From the human T2T-CHM13v2.0 reference genome, Homo sapiens, in the NCBI RefSeq assembly GCF_009914755.1, contig NC_060931.1: a stretch of 64,000 bases of DNA, one strand, 5' to 3'. Below are positions 1 through 14,768 of the stretch, in pieces. Below the pieces are notes generated by a model. It was given only the letters and a program-made list of their open reading frames with translations. It searched no databases and was not told where the DNA came from. The first letter of the stretch is position 1; each line of letters begins with the position of its first letter. The position numbers and the translations under genes are program-made.

Positions 1-392
1 ATTTCAAGAACAAGGTAAAACATTATCTCAGATGAGGTCTATGCATGTTCTCCATGCAAAGAAAGTTTGCTCTTTTCTAGCAAACTTTAAAGATTCAGGG
101 AACCTGGAGATTCAACGTTCTTATGTGCGTCTATCCAAATCTCCTAATCCCAATCCCTAGAATACATTTAGTCCTCACAAAGGTCCTAACTTTATCACAG
201 GAATCTTTGCTAAGGCTGTGAATTCAATCCTTTTTAAATATGCCACCATTACTATGAAATCTTAGGCCTGACTTAGTATCACTGATTTTCTGTAGGTGTA
301 CTGAAAATTGCAAGAGGTGAGAATTTTTTAAACTGCCTTGAAGACCTTCTGACTTTGAAACTATATTTTGAGTTGATCATTGACATATCTGA

Positions 393-728
<336 letters not shown>

Positions 729-860
729 TTCTTCTGGGTTTCTATAACCAATCACAGCAGTCATCCAGTGCCCCAACCCTTATAATTATTCTTACTTATA
801 ATTATCCATGTTTTAATAAAACACTACAGATACCTCATTCCAACCTATCCAAAGTTAAGG

Positions 861-2462
861 TTTTTTTAGTTCAATATATCCCTGCTTGTCTATTTTTGTT
901 TTTGTTGCTGTGCTTTTCTTGTCTTATCTAAGAAATTGTTGTTAATGCCTATATCAAGAAGTTTCTTCTCTGTGTTTTCTTCTAGGAGTTCTATAGTTTC
1001 ATGTCTTATGTTTAAATCTTTAATGTATTTTAACCTACTTTGAGTTGATTTTTGTGTATGGTGTAAAATAATATTTCAGTTTTATTCTTTTGCCTATGAA
1101 CATTCAATTTTCTCAACACAATGTGTTGAAGAGACTATCCTTTATCCATTATGTATTCTTGGTGCCCATGTCACAGATCAGTTGACCATACCTGAGTAGG
1201 TTTATGTCTGGGTTCTCTATCCTGTTACATTGGTCTATGTGTATATCTTTATGCCAATATCATGTAGTTTTAATTACTGAAGCTTTGTAATATATTTTGA
1301 AATCACGAAGTATGATACCTTCAGCTTTGTTCTTTCTCAAGATCACTTTGGCTGTTTGGGATCTTTTGTGTTTCCATATAAATTTTTAGATCATTTTCTC
1401 TATTTTTATTAAAAATGCCATTGGGGTTGAATGGGGATAGCTTGAATCCATATATTGCTTTGGATAGTATGGATATTTTAACAACACTAAGTCTTCCAAT
1501 CCATGAACACAGGATGTTTTTCCATTTATTTGTGTCTTCTTTAGTTTTATTCATCAATGTTTTGGTGTGTGTGTATGTCCTTTACCTTCTTGGTTTGGTT
1601 TATTTCTATTTTATTGTCTTTGATGCTTTTGTAAACGGAATTGTTTTCTTAATTTCCTTTTCAGGTGGTTCATTGTTAGTATATAGAAACTCAACAAATT
1701 TTCATAGGTGAATTTTGTATCCTGTAACTTTAATGAATTTGTTTATTCATTCTAAGTTTTTTGGAAGTGTCTTTGGGATTTTCTACACACAGTATCATGT
1801 CATCTATGAGCAAAGATACTTTTACTTCTTCTTTTCTGATTTCATTTGAATGCCTTGTGATTTGATTTACATGCTTTGTATTTCTTTTTCTTGCCTAATT
1901 GACCTTGTTAGAACTTCCAGTACTGTATTAATCCATTTTCACATTGCTATAAAGACCTATCTGAGACTGGGTAATTTATGAAGAAAATAGGTTTAATTGA
2001 CTCACTGTTCTGCAGACTTTACAGGAAGCATGACTTGGGGGATCTCAGGAAACTTACAATCATGGCAGAAGGTGAAGGGGAAGCAAGGACCTTCTTCACA
2101 TGGTGGCAGGAGAGAGCTAGGAGAGAGCTACACACTTTTAAGCCATCAGATCTCGTGAGAACTCACTCACTATCAGGAGAACAGCAAGGGGGAAATCCCT
2201 ACCCATGGTCCATTCACCTCGCACCAGGTCCCTCCTCTAATTCAACATTAGATTCAGGTGGGGACACAAATCCAAACCATATCAAGCACTATGTTGAATG
2301 GAAGTGATGAGAGGGGGCATCTTTATCTTGTTCCCGATCTTAGAGGAAAAGCTTTCTGTTTTTCACTGCTGCGTATAATACTAGCTGCAGGTTTGTCATA
2401 CATGACCTTTATTATGTTGAGAAAAAATCCTCCTATACCCAGTTTGTTGAGAGTTTTTATCA
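861..2462 (-). mobile_element. Old L1 (L1M) ORF2 fragment, inverted 5' part; interrupted by an MST LTR
   Basis: Minus-strand ORFs with L1 ORF2 peptides (NKWKNILCSWIGRL..KAIY; IKTLNKLGIGG.FLNIIK..YDKP). Confidence 0.9.
1924..2284 (-). mobile_element. MaLR solo LTR (MSTA/MSTB-like)
   Basis: tgtatta...ccaaaccatatca termini; 5-bp TSD agtac/agcac splitting the L1 motif cttccagtactatgttgaat. Confidence 0.9.
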
Positions 2463-2642
2463 AACTATAAATTTCTCGATAGCAAAGGAAATAGTCAACA
2501 GAACTGAAAGGCGACCTGTGGGATAGGAGAAAATAGTTGCAAATCATATGTCTGATAAGGGTTTAATATCCGAAAAATATAAGAAACCCCTACAACTCAA
2601 TAGCAATAAGTAAGTAAATAAATAAATAAAAATTACAAAATG

Positions 2643-2978
<336 letters not shown>

Positions 2979-3550
2979 CTATTTCTCCAGAGAAGACATA
3001 CAAATGCCTAACAGGCATATGAAAAGGTGTTTAACATAACTAATCATCAGGGAAATGCAAATCAAAACCACAATGAAATGTCATTTCACACCTGTTATAG
3101 TGGTTATGATTTTAAAAAAGGAAGATAAGTGCTGGGGAGGAGGAGGTGATATTGGAATGCTGTACACTGTTGTTGAGAAGGTAAAATGGTAAAGCTGCTA
3201 TGAAAAACAGCACGATGCTTCCTTAAAATAAAAATAGAACCACTATATGATCCAGCAATCTCATTTCTGCATATGTATCCAAAAAAGTGAAATCAAAATC
3301 TTGAAGAGATACCAGCACTGCACTTCCATGTTCACTGCAGCATTATTCACAATAATTAGTTAGGATATAGAAACAACCAATGGACAAATGGGTAAAGAAA
3401 TTATAATAAAACTCTCAACAATTTCTTTATATGTCATAAAGAAATTTATATATATATATATGGAATATTATGGAATGTTCATATATATTCGTATATATGT
3501 AATATCATAATGGGATATTATTCAGCCTTGAAAAAAAAAAAGGAAATACT

Positions 3551-3856
3551 GGCCAGGCATGTTGTTCATGCCTGTAATCCCAGCATTTTGGAAAGCCAAG
3601 ACAGGCGGATCAACTGAGGTTGGGAATTCAAGTCCAGGCTGGCCAATATGGTGAGACCTTGTCTCTACTAAAAATACAAAAAATTAGCCAGGCGTGGTAG
3701 TGCACACCTGTAATCCCAGCTACTCGGGAGGCTGAAGCAGGAGAATTACTTGAGCTGGGAGGCGGAGGTTGCAGTGAGCCACGATTGCACCACTGCACTC
3801 CAGCCTGGGCGACAAAGTGAGACTCCATCTCCAGAAAAAAGGAAAAAAAAAAAAAA
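3551..3856 (+). mobile_element. Alu (AluS)
   Basis: Alu dimer with A-tail. Confidence 0.95.
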
Positions 3857-4799
3857 CCCACGAGTGAACCTGTAACCAGGAGAATATTTTGCTAAATGAA
3901 ATAAGCCAGGCATAGAAGTACAAATACTGCAAGATTCCACTTACAGGAGGTAACTAAAATAGTCAATCTCACAGAAACAAAGAGTAGAAGTATGGTCTTG
4001 CACTCCAAGAGATTCCCCAAGGTTGGAGTTGCAGGTGTGTACAGTAAGAAGCCTTGGAGCAATCATTAGTGCCTTGTCCATCCCTCGAACCCTAACCTAC
4101 CATCCCTGTGCCCTCTGAGCAATTTCAACCTGCCATATCTGCCTCTCTGTGCTAGTGGACTCCTACCAGAGATAGGAAAGGTCATTTTGCCCACACACTG
4201 CAGACTAAAGGGGTAGGTGGGGATAAGGCCACTAAAAACCCTGAGGAGCAAGCCTCAACCAGTGACGGGAAAATTGGCATGGAGAACCCATGCTTTTCTG
4301 CCTGAGAGGTGTGGGAACTCTGAGTCACATGTTTCACAGCACTTGCCAGAGATTCCTCTCAGGATGAAGCCTCAGTGTTCCACTGTGGTAACTGGCCTAA
4401 TAATGTACCTTTATTTTTTAAAAAATTATATTGCCCTGAGCATTAAAAAAATTAAAAACTAAAAAATATTTCTATTCAAATCTTGGTCTTAAAGTCTGTC
4501 CCTGGAGGAACACAAGCTAAAATAAGTTTCACCATGTTCAAGAATGATAGTTACTAAGGAAAGACAGTGGAGCCCCAACAGCAACTCCTACAGGAAGGAA
4601 AGAAAGAAAAAAGAAAACTATTGCATCAAATCAGATATCAGTGGCAATAAATGGTTACACGACATTTGATATGTTTCTTTTGGTTGTAGGCATTTCAGCT
4701 AAGTATACATTTTTATGGTCCTTAGCAAGAAAATCAAAATTCTGTAAAACTCATTAAAATTTTAGTCTTGTGTTAGGGTCAGAAATGTAGTGAGAGGTG

Positions 4800-5165
<366 letters not shown>

Positions 5166-6624
5166 TTACCAAAAATGTACACACCTGTCTGAAAGAGCTG
5201 TAACTCATAGAAACAAAGTATCTGCAATAACAACAATATCAGCTCCAGGCAAGAATCTTGGCTCTTCACTGGGAAACCACAGCACCAGGAAGAAGGGACT
5301 GAAACACAGTGAAACTGCCAGACAGGGAGGGTGACTATGGAGAAAGGAGAGACTCCCTGGTTCAAGATGAAACACCAGACCCAAACTGTAAGACACAACA
5401 TAGAAACCTAATGTCAGGCTAATGTTTAACTAATGGTATAATCTTAAAAGGGCAGAAATTTTTTTAAAGGGGCAGAAATAAAAGAAAAAGAAGTAAACAG
5501 GAAAAGTAAGCAATTAGAAATTTTGCAAAGGAAAAATATATTCACTGAAGTTTTTAAAGACACAAATAAAAGGAATAAACTGTGAAATGAACCCAATAAT
5601 GAAAATAGTTGTAAATTAGAATATGATGTTAAAGAATTTTGCTAGAGCTACAGAAATTTCCCACAAGCATATTAGTCTATGCCTTTTGCTCCAGCGCCCT
5701 CTCTAGATTTAGCATTTGTCCCCTATTTTTAATTTTTAGTCTTCTATGTTAAAATATGACAGGATGAACTTGGCACTTTCATTTTGTACTCCAACTTCTA
5801 CGAAGGTCTTCTCTAGTAATATATTAGCTACTCCCCTAAAAACCCTATAGTTTCTGTAAATAGAAGGACGCTAATACCTCTTTTTCAAAGGTGCTATCCA
5901 GGGAACTTGCTGCAAAAATAAAGTGCACTCCTAAGCAAGTGGCTCAGGACAGCCCTCTCTCTCTCCAGCCATAGATGGTAATGCGAAAGTAAACAATGTT
6001 GCTGCCAGGGCCGGCCCCACTCACCAGCTGTGCCAAGGCTCTTGCTGTAACCTGAGAATTTTATGAAACCTTCAGATCACTAGTTGATGAGAACAGTGGA
6101 AAAAGGTGAGAAATTATAGCTTAACTGTACAGGAAAAGTGAGTAGGAAATAGAGGCTGAGCAGTCCTGTCATAGAACATATAAAGAGAGGTCTGAATGTT
6201 CCTGCGATGATAATTTGTCATTTTTTGTAAGGCGTAAATCTACAACTACTTATTTTATTATTTGACATTTTTTTTTCAACCAAGCTTTTGGCATAGTGAG
6301 CTCAAGAAAACAAAATGTATGATAATGAAAATTAATTACTGAATTTTCATTTTTCAAGGAAGTTGATGATGAACATGTAACTTGCACAATATGTTTGTTG
6401 CCATTTACCATCTACCGTAATGGCTATAATAACATCACTGACTACTTGAAAGCCCTAGACCAAATTTGCTGTGGGAGCCTCAGCATTGACTTGAAATATT
6501 AGTTGCTACTTTAAAAAGAGTATGCCTAAAATGACATCAATGTATATCTGCAGAAGATGCATTTGATTTATATCTTTCAGTAGAGTGTGACCTTTCATTT
6601 TGGTCCAATACTGCTATCTAAACT

Positions 6625-7795
6625 AAGTAAGAAATAAAGAGGGAAGAATCAAATAAATAAAACTGGAAATGAAAGATGAAACATTACAACTGATGCTACA
6701 GAAATGAAAAGGACATTTAGGAGATTCTTATGAACATTAAACACCAACAAATTAGATAAATGAGGAGAAATAAATTCCTAGAGACATGCAACCTATCAAG
6801 AATGAATCATAAAAAACAGAAAATCTGAACAGACCAATAATAAGTAAGGAGATTGAATTAGTAATCAGAAACCTCCCAACCTGGCCAGGCGTGGTGGCTC
6901 ATACCTGTAATCCCAGCACTTTGGGAGGCCAAGATGTGAGAATGGCTCAAGGTCAGGAGTTCCAAACCAGCCTAGACAACATGGTGAGATCCTGTCTCTA
7001 AAAAATCAAAGTTAAAAGATTAGCTCACTGTAACCTTGAACTCCTGGGCTCAAGGGATCCTCCTGCCTCAGCTTCCCAAGTAGCAGAAACTACAGATGTG
7101 TGCCACAACTCCAAACAAAGAAATCTCCAAACAAAAAAAATTCCAGGACCAGATGGCTTCACTAGTAAATTCTGCCAAACACTTAAAGAATTAATGCCAA
7201 TCTTTTACAAACTCTTCCAAAACAATGGAAAAAGGAAAACTTCCAAATTATTTTATGAGCCCAGCATCACCTTTATATCAAAGCCAGACAAAGACACTAC
7301 AAGGAAAGAAAATGACAGGCCAATATCCCTGTGAAAATAAATTTAAAATTCTGAACAAAATATTATAAACAGAATTAAACAGCACATTAGAATAACCAAG
7401 TCAGGTTTATCCCTGAGATGCAAGGATGATTTTGCATATGCAAATCAGTAAATATGATATACCACTTAACAGGATAAAGGACAAAAATCACATGAGCCTC
7501 GCAATAGATGCAGTAAAAAACATTCGACAAATTTCAACACCTTTTCATGAAAAAAGGCTCAACAAACTAGATATAGAAGGAATGTCCCACAACATAATAA
7601 AGTCCATATATGGCAAGCCCAAAGCTAACATCATCCTCAAGATGAAAAACTAAAAGCTTTCTCTCTAAGATCAGGAACAAGACAAAGATGAACGCTTTCA
7701 CCACTTCTATTAAGCATAGTATTGAAAGTCCTAGCCAGAGCAATTAGGCAAGAAATAAAAGACTTCTAAATGGGAAAGAAAGAAGTATAATTCCC
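6625..7795 (+). mobile_element. L1 ORF2 internal fragment (RT region) nested in the hAT fossil
   Basis: KKIPGPDGFTSKFCQT, KPDKDTTRKENDRPISL, KDKNHM..AIDA peptides. Confidence 0.9.
6883..7118 (+). mobile_element. AluJ-like with forward left arm and inverted partial right arm
   Basis: Left arm + to ~7020, right-arm segment on - 7021-7112; TSD agaaacctcccaac/agaaatctccaaac. Confidence 0.85.
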
Positions 7796-8027
7796 AAGTA
7801 TACATTTTCAATTCCAAAGTTTTTCTGTGCGTGTACAAAAAAGGAATTGGAAGCTATTAATATGTTGAATCCATCTATAGAAGAAAAAATTCCCAATTAC
7901 ATGACATCAGTTTTATATCAATTTTACCAGAGTCTTTCAAATAGAAAAATCAGTTAATTCAAATAATGGTTAGATTGTGTTCATCCAATTCATGAAATGA
8001 GAGTAAAGCTTTTAAAAGTTATTTCTG

Positions 8028-8372
<345 letters not shown>

Positions 8373-9545
8373 TCATTTAGAAAGGTAAAATTTTATTTGT
8401 TTTGCAGTTAATAACATAAACAAAAATTTTAGTGGAGCACAGCGTCACAGTAAAAGCTTAGGGTCTTACTAAATTAAAACATCTGTGAAATATGAAGACA
8501 ACTGAAATTTTCTGTGGTACAAACATAATTAAAAATATTCAAGCAATCAGAGATACTTTATCAATCAAAACAGAAGCTACGATTGATAAACTTTGCAAAA
8601 TTTTTTATGTGGGCAGAATAACTGACCTACTAAACTTGTATGATGAATCTCATCTTGAACACTAAAAATACTTCAGCATAGTTCTCTCTTTTTGTTCCCT
8701 CTCATCAATCATTCTTTACATACGTTTGAGTCTTTGAAGAAGTACTTTGTATATGAACCAAAATTTCTTACAATTATATTGAATGTTTTGGTAAACAATT
8801 TCTCTAAATTTTGATTGCTTTTGTGGAAAATTAGAGGGAAATATATAATCAAAGTATTAAACAAATGGAGCAAAAAAATGCTTCAGCTTCTAAAGCTTTG
8901 AGAAATCACAGTGATTGAAACACAACTTACAAATAGGAAGGCACTGAGTATCGACATTTATCCCTGCAAAAGTAAGAAAGAAACTAAACAAATTAAGCCA
9001 TGCATGCTTAATGATGGAGAAGATATAATTTCAAAATTTAAAAATTATGCTAGAATATCTCATTTTCTAGAAAGGAATATTTTGGTGTAGTTATTATTTT
9101 TTGATTAGATAAATAGATATCCTGTATTATAATAAAGTAAAACTGAAGACTAGAATTTTGCATGATTTAGATTTAGTAAAACCTTTAAAAGAATCATAAA
9201 TAGAGAAAATTTACTTGATTATTTTTGTCATAAAATATTTTAAAGAAAGGTTTTCCAAATGGAAGCTAAAATATTTACATAATTCAGTTTAAAAAAGTTA
9301 CAGTTGAGAATAGACTCCATGTAGCAGAACTTACTTAGCACACATTAGTTATCTCAACTTATAAAGAACTATTTTCTCAATCGTCAGAGAAGAGTCCATT
9401 AAAGTGTCAATAATTTCAAATGTGTTAACCATAAAATGCAACTTAAAAGAATACTGTAGGCAATTTCATAAAAATAAGAGCAATCAAAACAGGTATTTTT
9501 AAAAAATATACATTATTCAGAAAAAATATCAATGACATGGTATCA

Positions 9546-9875
<330 letters not shown>

Positions 9876-10300
9876 TTAAATTTAAATTTAAATTTAAAAA
9901 TACATTAATATATAACAAAAAATTATCTGCTTATATTATTTTTAATGTTCAGTTAATACAAAGAAGTACTTTTTATTTTGCTTTAGAGAGCAGGATATGT
10001 GGTTTTTAGAACGATTTCATAGAATACTTTTAGAATAGATCTATTTTATCAGACTACCAACAAATAATAAAAGTAATTTTAGCCAATAAATTTGTATTGT
10101 AAGTAATTATATACTTTTAATTATTGTTGTACCCTTTCCACACATGGTAAATTACATAGTTGTCTTCAGAATATAAAATACAGAAACAAAAATATTAAAA
10201 ACTTGCAAAAACAGTTAAGAAAAACTGAGTCTAATTGTAATTCCAGGTAAAGAGAATGGAAGAAAAGTCTGAGAAGCAGTTTGTAAAGATACAATTGCTG

Positions 10301-10625
<325 letters not shown>

Positions 10626-10947
10626 TCAATTAAAAAAATATATAAAAATATATAAAATGTTACATCTAGAGCCCCTTCTGAATACCAAGCAAGACATATT
10701 AAGTAATAGTAATAATAAAGTCCAAACTGCATTCATGGTAGAAAAACTGCAGAAAATTAAAGAAAAACAATCTTAAAATTAACCAAAGTTACTGCTGAAA
10801 AGAATTTGCTCAAACATTTTTCCAGAGACTCCACTCACAGCAAAACAACTCTGAAAAGCATGAATAAAGTTGGAGGATTCACACTGTCCGATTCCAAGTC
10901 TTGTTATACAGTTACAATAATTAAACAATGTGTTTTTTACAAAAGAG

Positions 10948-10954
10948 TAGATAG

Positions 10955-11046
<92 letters not shown>

Positions 11047-11058
11047 GACAGATAGATA
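10948..11058 (+). repeat. Compound (GATA)n tetranucleotide microsatellite
   Basis: About 110 bp of AGAT units with GAT/GAC interruptions. Confidence 0.98.
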
Positions 11059-11258
11059 AAATAGAAGAGACAGGGAAGAAATAGACCCACACAAATATAG
11101 TCCACTGATTTTTGATAAGAGTTGCAAGTAATTTCAATGGAGAAAGGATGCTTTTGACAACAAATGGTGTGGAACAATTGGATATTCATATACCAAAAAC
11201 TAAAAACACCCAATCTGGACACACTCCTCATACCTTACACAAAAATTAATTCTAAGTA

Positions 11259-11889
11259 TGTTATAAGTAAAATGTTTATTTAGAAACAGAACACTTATTC
11301 CTCGGTACTATAAGGAAAAATTAGTATTCAGATAAAACTTTTTCTCAGCAAGGCAATTTTACTTTCTGCAGAAGAGGTGCTCCTTGCAGATGAAACAATG
11401 GCAAGAGCACACCTGAACAAAGGAGGGAAGCAATTATTATCCCTTATGCAGCTTGTCCCTGCTACTGTGTCCTGTCTCCATTAGCTGGAGCCAGACCTCA
11501 CAATCTAAACTGAACCCAACTGGCTAATAATTTAAAACTTTCCTAAATAGGTAAAGGCAATAGAGAACAAAGGAAAAGAGGAAGTTGCTTATGAAAAGAC
11601 TTAGAAAACTAATAACATTCCCAAATAAAAAAGGGGCATAAGTTGCAAGCTGGGACATGCCTGTGAGCACGTCTAGCACAGACATCTTGGTTAAAGTACA
11701 AGGACATAGAATGTACTACATGCCTGTAAGCATGTCTAACAGCTACAGAGAATAGGGCTTAACAAAGAGGTATTAGCACAAAGTAAGGAGGGCTGAAGGA
11801 AGTTAGTCTTTAAAAGAAACTATTAACACTTATGATTTATTCTTTAACAAGAAGGGAAACTTTGAAGAGGAAACTTTTTACTTTCTACA
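11259..11889 (-). mobile_element. ERV1 solo LTR, LTR10 family (HERV-I)
   Basis: TG...CA termini, perfect 5-bp TSD aagta; reverse start tgtagaaagtaaaaagtttcctcttcaaag matches my recollection of LTR10. Confidence 0.8.
11653..11737. promoter_or_regulatory. Two p53 response-element-like pairs inside LTR10
   Basis: GGACATGCCT-gt-GAGCACGTCT (11653-11674) and CTACATGCCT-gt-AAGCATGTCT (11716-11737) vs RRRCWWGYYY. Confidence 0.55.
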
Positions 11890-12233
11890 AAGTACATCAT
11901 CAGCATAAATATGAAAGCTAAAATTATAAAACTTCTCAAAGAAAACACAAGAGAAAATATGTATAGCTTTGGGTCTGGCGCAGTTTTATGACCAAACACC
12001 AAAAGTGTAATCCACAAAAGAAAAATTGATCAATTGAATTTTACCAAAATTTAAAACTTGTATTCTGTAAAAACCATTAAGAGATTGAAAGGATAAGTCA
12101 TGCACTGGGGGAAAATATTTGCAAAGCACATAGCTGATAAGGGACTTATAATTAGACTATATAAGGAATATAACAACTCATTTTTTAATAGGCAAAATTC
12201 TGAATAAACAAAGACATATTGATGGTCAGTAAG

Positions 12234-12659
12234 TGTATTAGTCAGGGTTCTCTAGAGGGACAGAACTGACGGAATATATATATAAAGGGGAGTTTATTAA
12301 GTATTAGCTTACACCATCACAAGGTCCCACAATAGGCCATCTGCAGGCTGACAAGCAAGGACAGCCAGTCCGAATTCCAAAACTGAAGAACTTGGAGTCC
12401 GATGTTTGAGGGCAGGAAGCATCCAGCACAGGAGAAAGTTGGAGGCTAGGCCAGTCTCTGCTTTTCACATTTTTCTGCCTGCTTTATATTTGCTGGCAGC
12501 TGATTAGATGGTGCCCACCAGATTAAGGGTGGGTCTGCCTTACCCAGCCCACTGACTCAAATATTAATCTCCTTTGGCAACACCCTCACAGACACACCCA
12601 GAATCAGTATTTCGTATCCTTCAATCCAAGCAAATTGACACTCAGTACTAACCATCACG
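12234..12659 (-). mobile_element. MLT2A (HERV-L) solo LTR
   Basis: tgtattagtcagggttctctagagggacagaac...ttgacactcagtactaaccatcac; TSD gtaag/ataag. Confidence 0.9.
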
Positions 12660-14196
12660 ATAAGAATATGAACAGATCCTCAACATCACTCGTTATTAGG
12701 GAAATGCAACTTAAAATCACAAAGAAATAGTGCCACATATTTTTAAATGACTAAAATTTTTTAAAAACACTTGACAATACCAAGTGCTGGCAAAGATATG
12801 AAGCAACTGGAAAACTCTCATACATTGCTGGTAATAGTATAACTACTCTAGAAAATAGTTTGGCAGTTTCTTACAAAGTTAAATACCTAGATATTGGTGT
12901 GTAAATGCCATTCTCCAATAAAAGAATTAAGACTCTTTGAATAAATGATTTATTTCAGTGTTGGGGTGGGAAAAATATGAGTTTGGAACATCCCATGATG
13001 CCACAAAGTTAGGAAGTTCTTAAGAAAAAAAAAATGGAGCCATATTTAAAAGACATAAGAACCAATCTGAAAGAGTTCCCAATTGCCAAAGCTTGAGCAG
13101 GTTGAGCAAAAAATAACAATAGTATTGAAGTGTGACCGAAATGCAAAATATAAAATAAAAATCCATGAGTGCATAAGAATACAAATAAATGTTTGATTAA
13201 GTAACTAAATGGGAGAGGAGGAATAATTTTTTCTTAGAGAAGAATTCTAATTAATAAAGGTGAAAGGAAAGAGGAAAACAAAAAATTATAACACCACAGT
13301 AATGTTAATTGCTGCAGGCAGCATGCCGTCATGAATACTCAAATCAGTGGACAAGAGTTTTAGGAAAAACAAGATATTTGCATAGCTTCAAAATATCTCC
13401 TACAGAATATTTCTGTGTTGGTTTTTAAAATAATGTCCACAAATTCTTTAAGAGTTCTCCTCTGGGAGGTAAAGTCTAATTCATCTCCCTTGAGTGCGGG
13501 CCAGACTTAGTGACTTACTTCTAATTGATAGAGCACAAAAGGAAAAAAAAGAGTAACTTTATGGCCGAGAGACCAGTCAGATACCACCTTAACTAAGTGA
13601 TCAAGTTAACATCGCCAGTAAAAGTCATTGACATCATGGGTCCCTGCAGTCAGAGGGGCACATCATCTCTGTGGTACTCTTCCCAAAAATCCATTAACCC
13701 AGGCTAATAATGAGAAAACTAAGACAAACCCAAATCAAAGAATACACTGCAAAATACCTGACCAGGACTCTTCAAAACTGTCAAGGTCATAAAAGAAAAG
13801 GAAAGACCAAGAATTTGTTTTGAATTGGAAGAGATGAAGGAAACAATGATGAATTACAATGTGGTATTCTGGACTGGGTCTCGAAACAGAAAAAGAGGAC
13901 GTTAGTGGAAAAACTGGAAAAGTCCAAATGAAGCCAAAAATTGAGCTGATAGTATTGTAACAACGCCAATTTCCTTCGTTAGATCATTGTAGCATGATTA
14001 TGTAAGATGTAAGCATTAGTGGAAGCTGGGTGAAGGGTGTATGAGAATTGTCTGTACTATCTTTATAACTCATCTCTATGTCAAAAGTTATTTCACAATA
14101 ATAAGTTAAAAATATAACCAAATAAACTGGACTTTTAAAACCTATTCCCTATGTCCTTAATGGGTCAGAGTTTTCTTCATGAGCGTTCCTTAATTA

Positions 14197-14280
14197 TTAG
14201 GTTGATGTAAAAGCAATTGTGGTTTTTGCCTTTTTTTAAAAGTAATGGCAAAAACCACAATTACTTTTGCACCAACCTAA
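14197..14280. mobile_element. MADE1 mariner MITE (palindromic)
   Basis: ttaggttg...caacctaa inverted repeats, TA TSD on both sides. Confidence 0.93.
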
Positions 14281-14375
14281 TATTAGAAATACCCACTCAA
14301 ATACATCCAAGATGTATTTAGGAAACTGAAGGTGCCATTTAGGAACTGGTCCAACAGTGTTACTTTAAGAAGATC

Positions 14376-14768
14376 AAGAAAATGTGGCACATATACACCA
14401 TGGAATACTATGCAGCCATAAAAAAGGATGAGTTCATGTCCTTTGTAGGGACATGGATGAAGTTGGAAACCATCATTCTCAGCAAACTATCGCAAGAACA
14501 AAAAACCAAACACCGCATTTTCTCACTCATAGGCGGGAATTCAACAATGAGAAGACTTAGACACAGGAAGGGGAACATCACACACCGGGGCCTGTTGTGG
14601 GGTGTGGGGAGGGGGCAGGGAAAGCATTAGGAGATACACCTAATGTAAATGACGAGTTAATGGGTCCAGCAAACCACATGGCACATGTATACATATGTAA
14701 CAAACCTGCACGTTGTGCACATGTACCCTAGAACTTAAAGTATAATAAATAAAAAAAAGAAAAAGAAA
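14376..14768 (+). mobile_element. 5'-truncated primate L1PA 3' end
   Basis: aagaaaatgtggcacatatacaccatgg...ccctagaacttaaagtataataaa + A-tail; aagatca direct repeat. Confidence 0.95.

Noticed and set aside
10779-11231. ORFs with IYLS repeats
   Set aside because: Translation of the (TATC)n microsatellite within L1.
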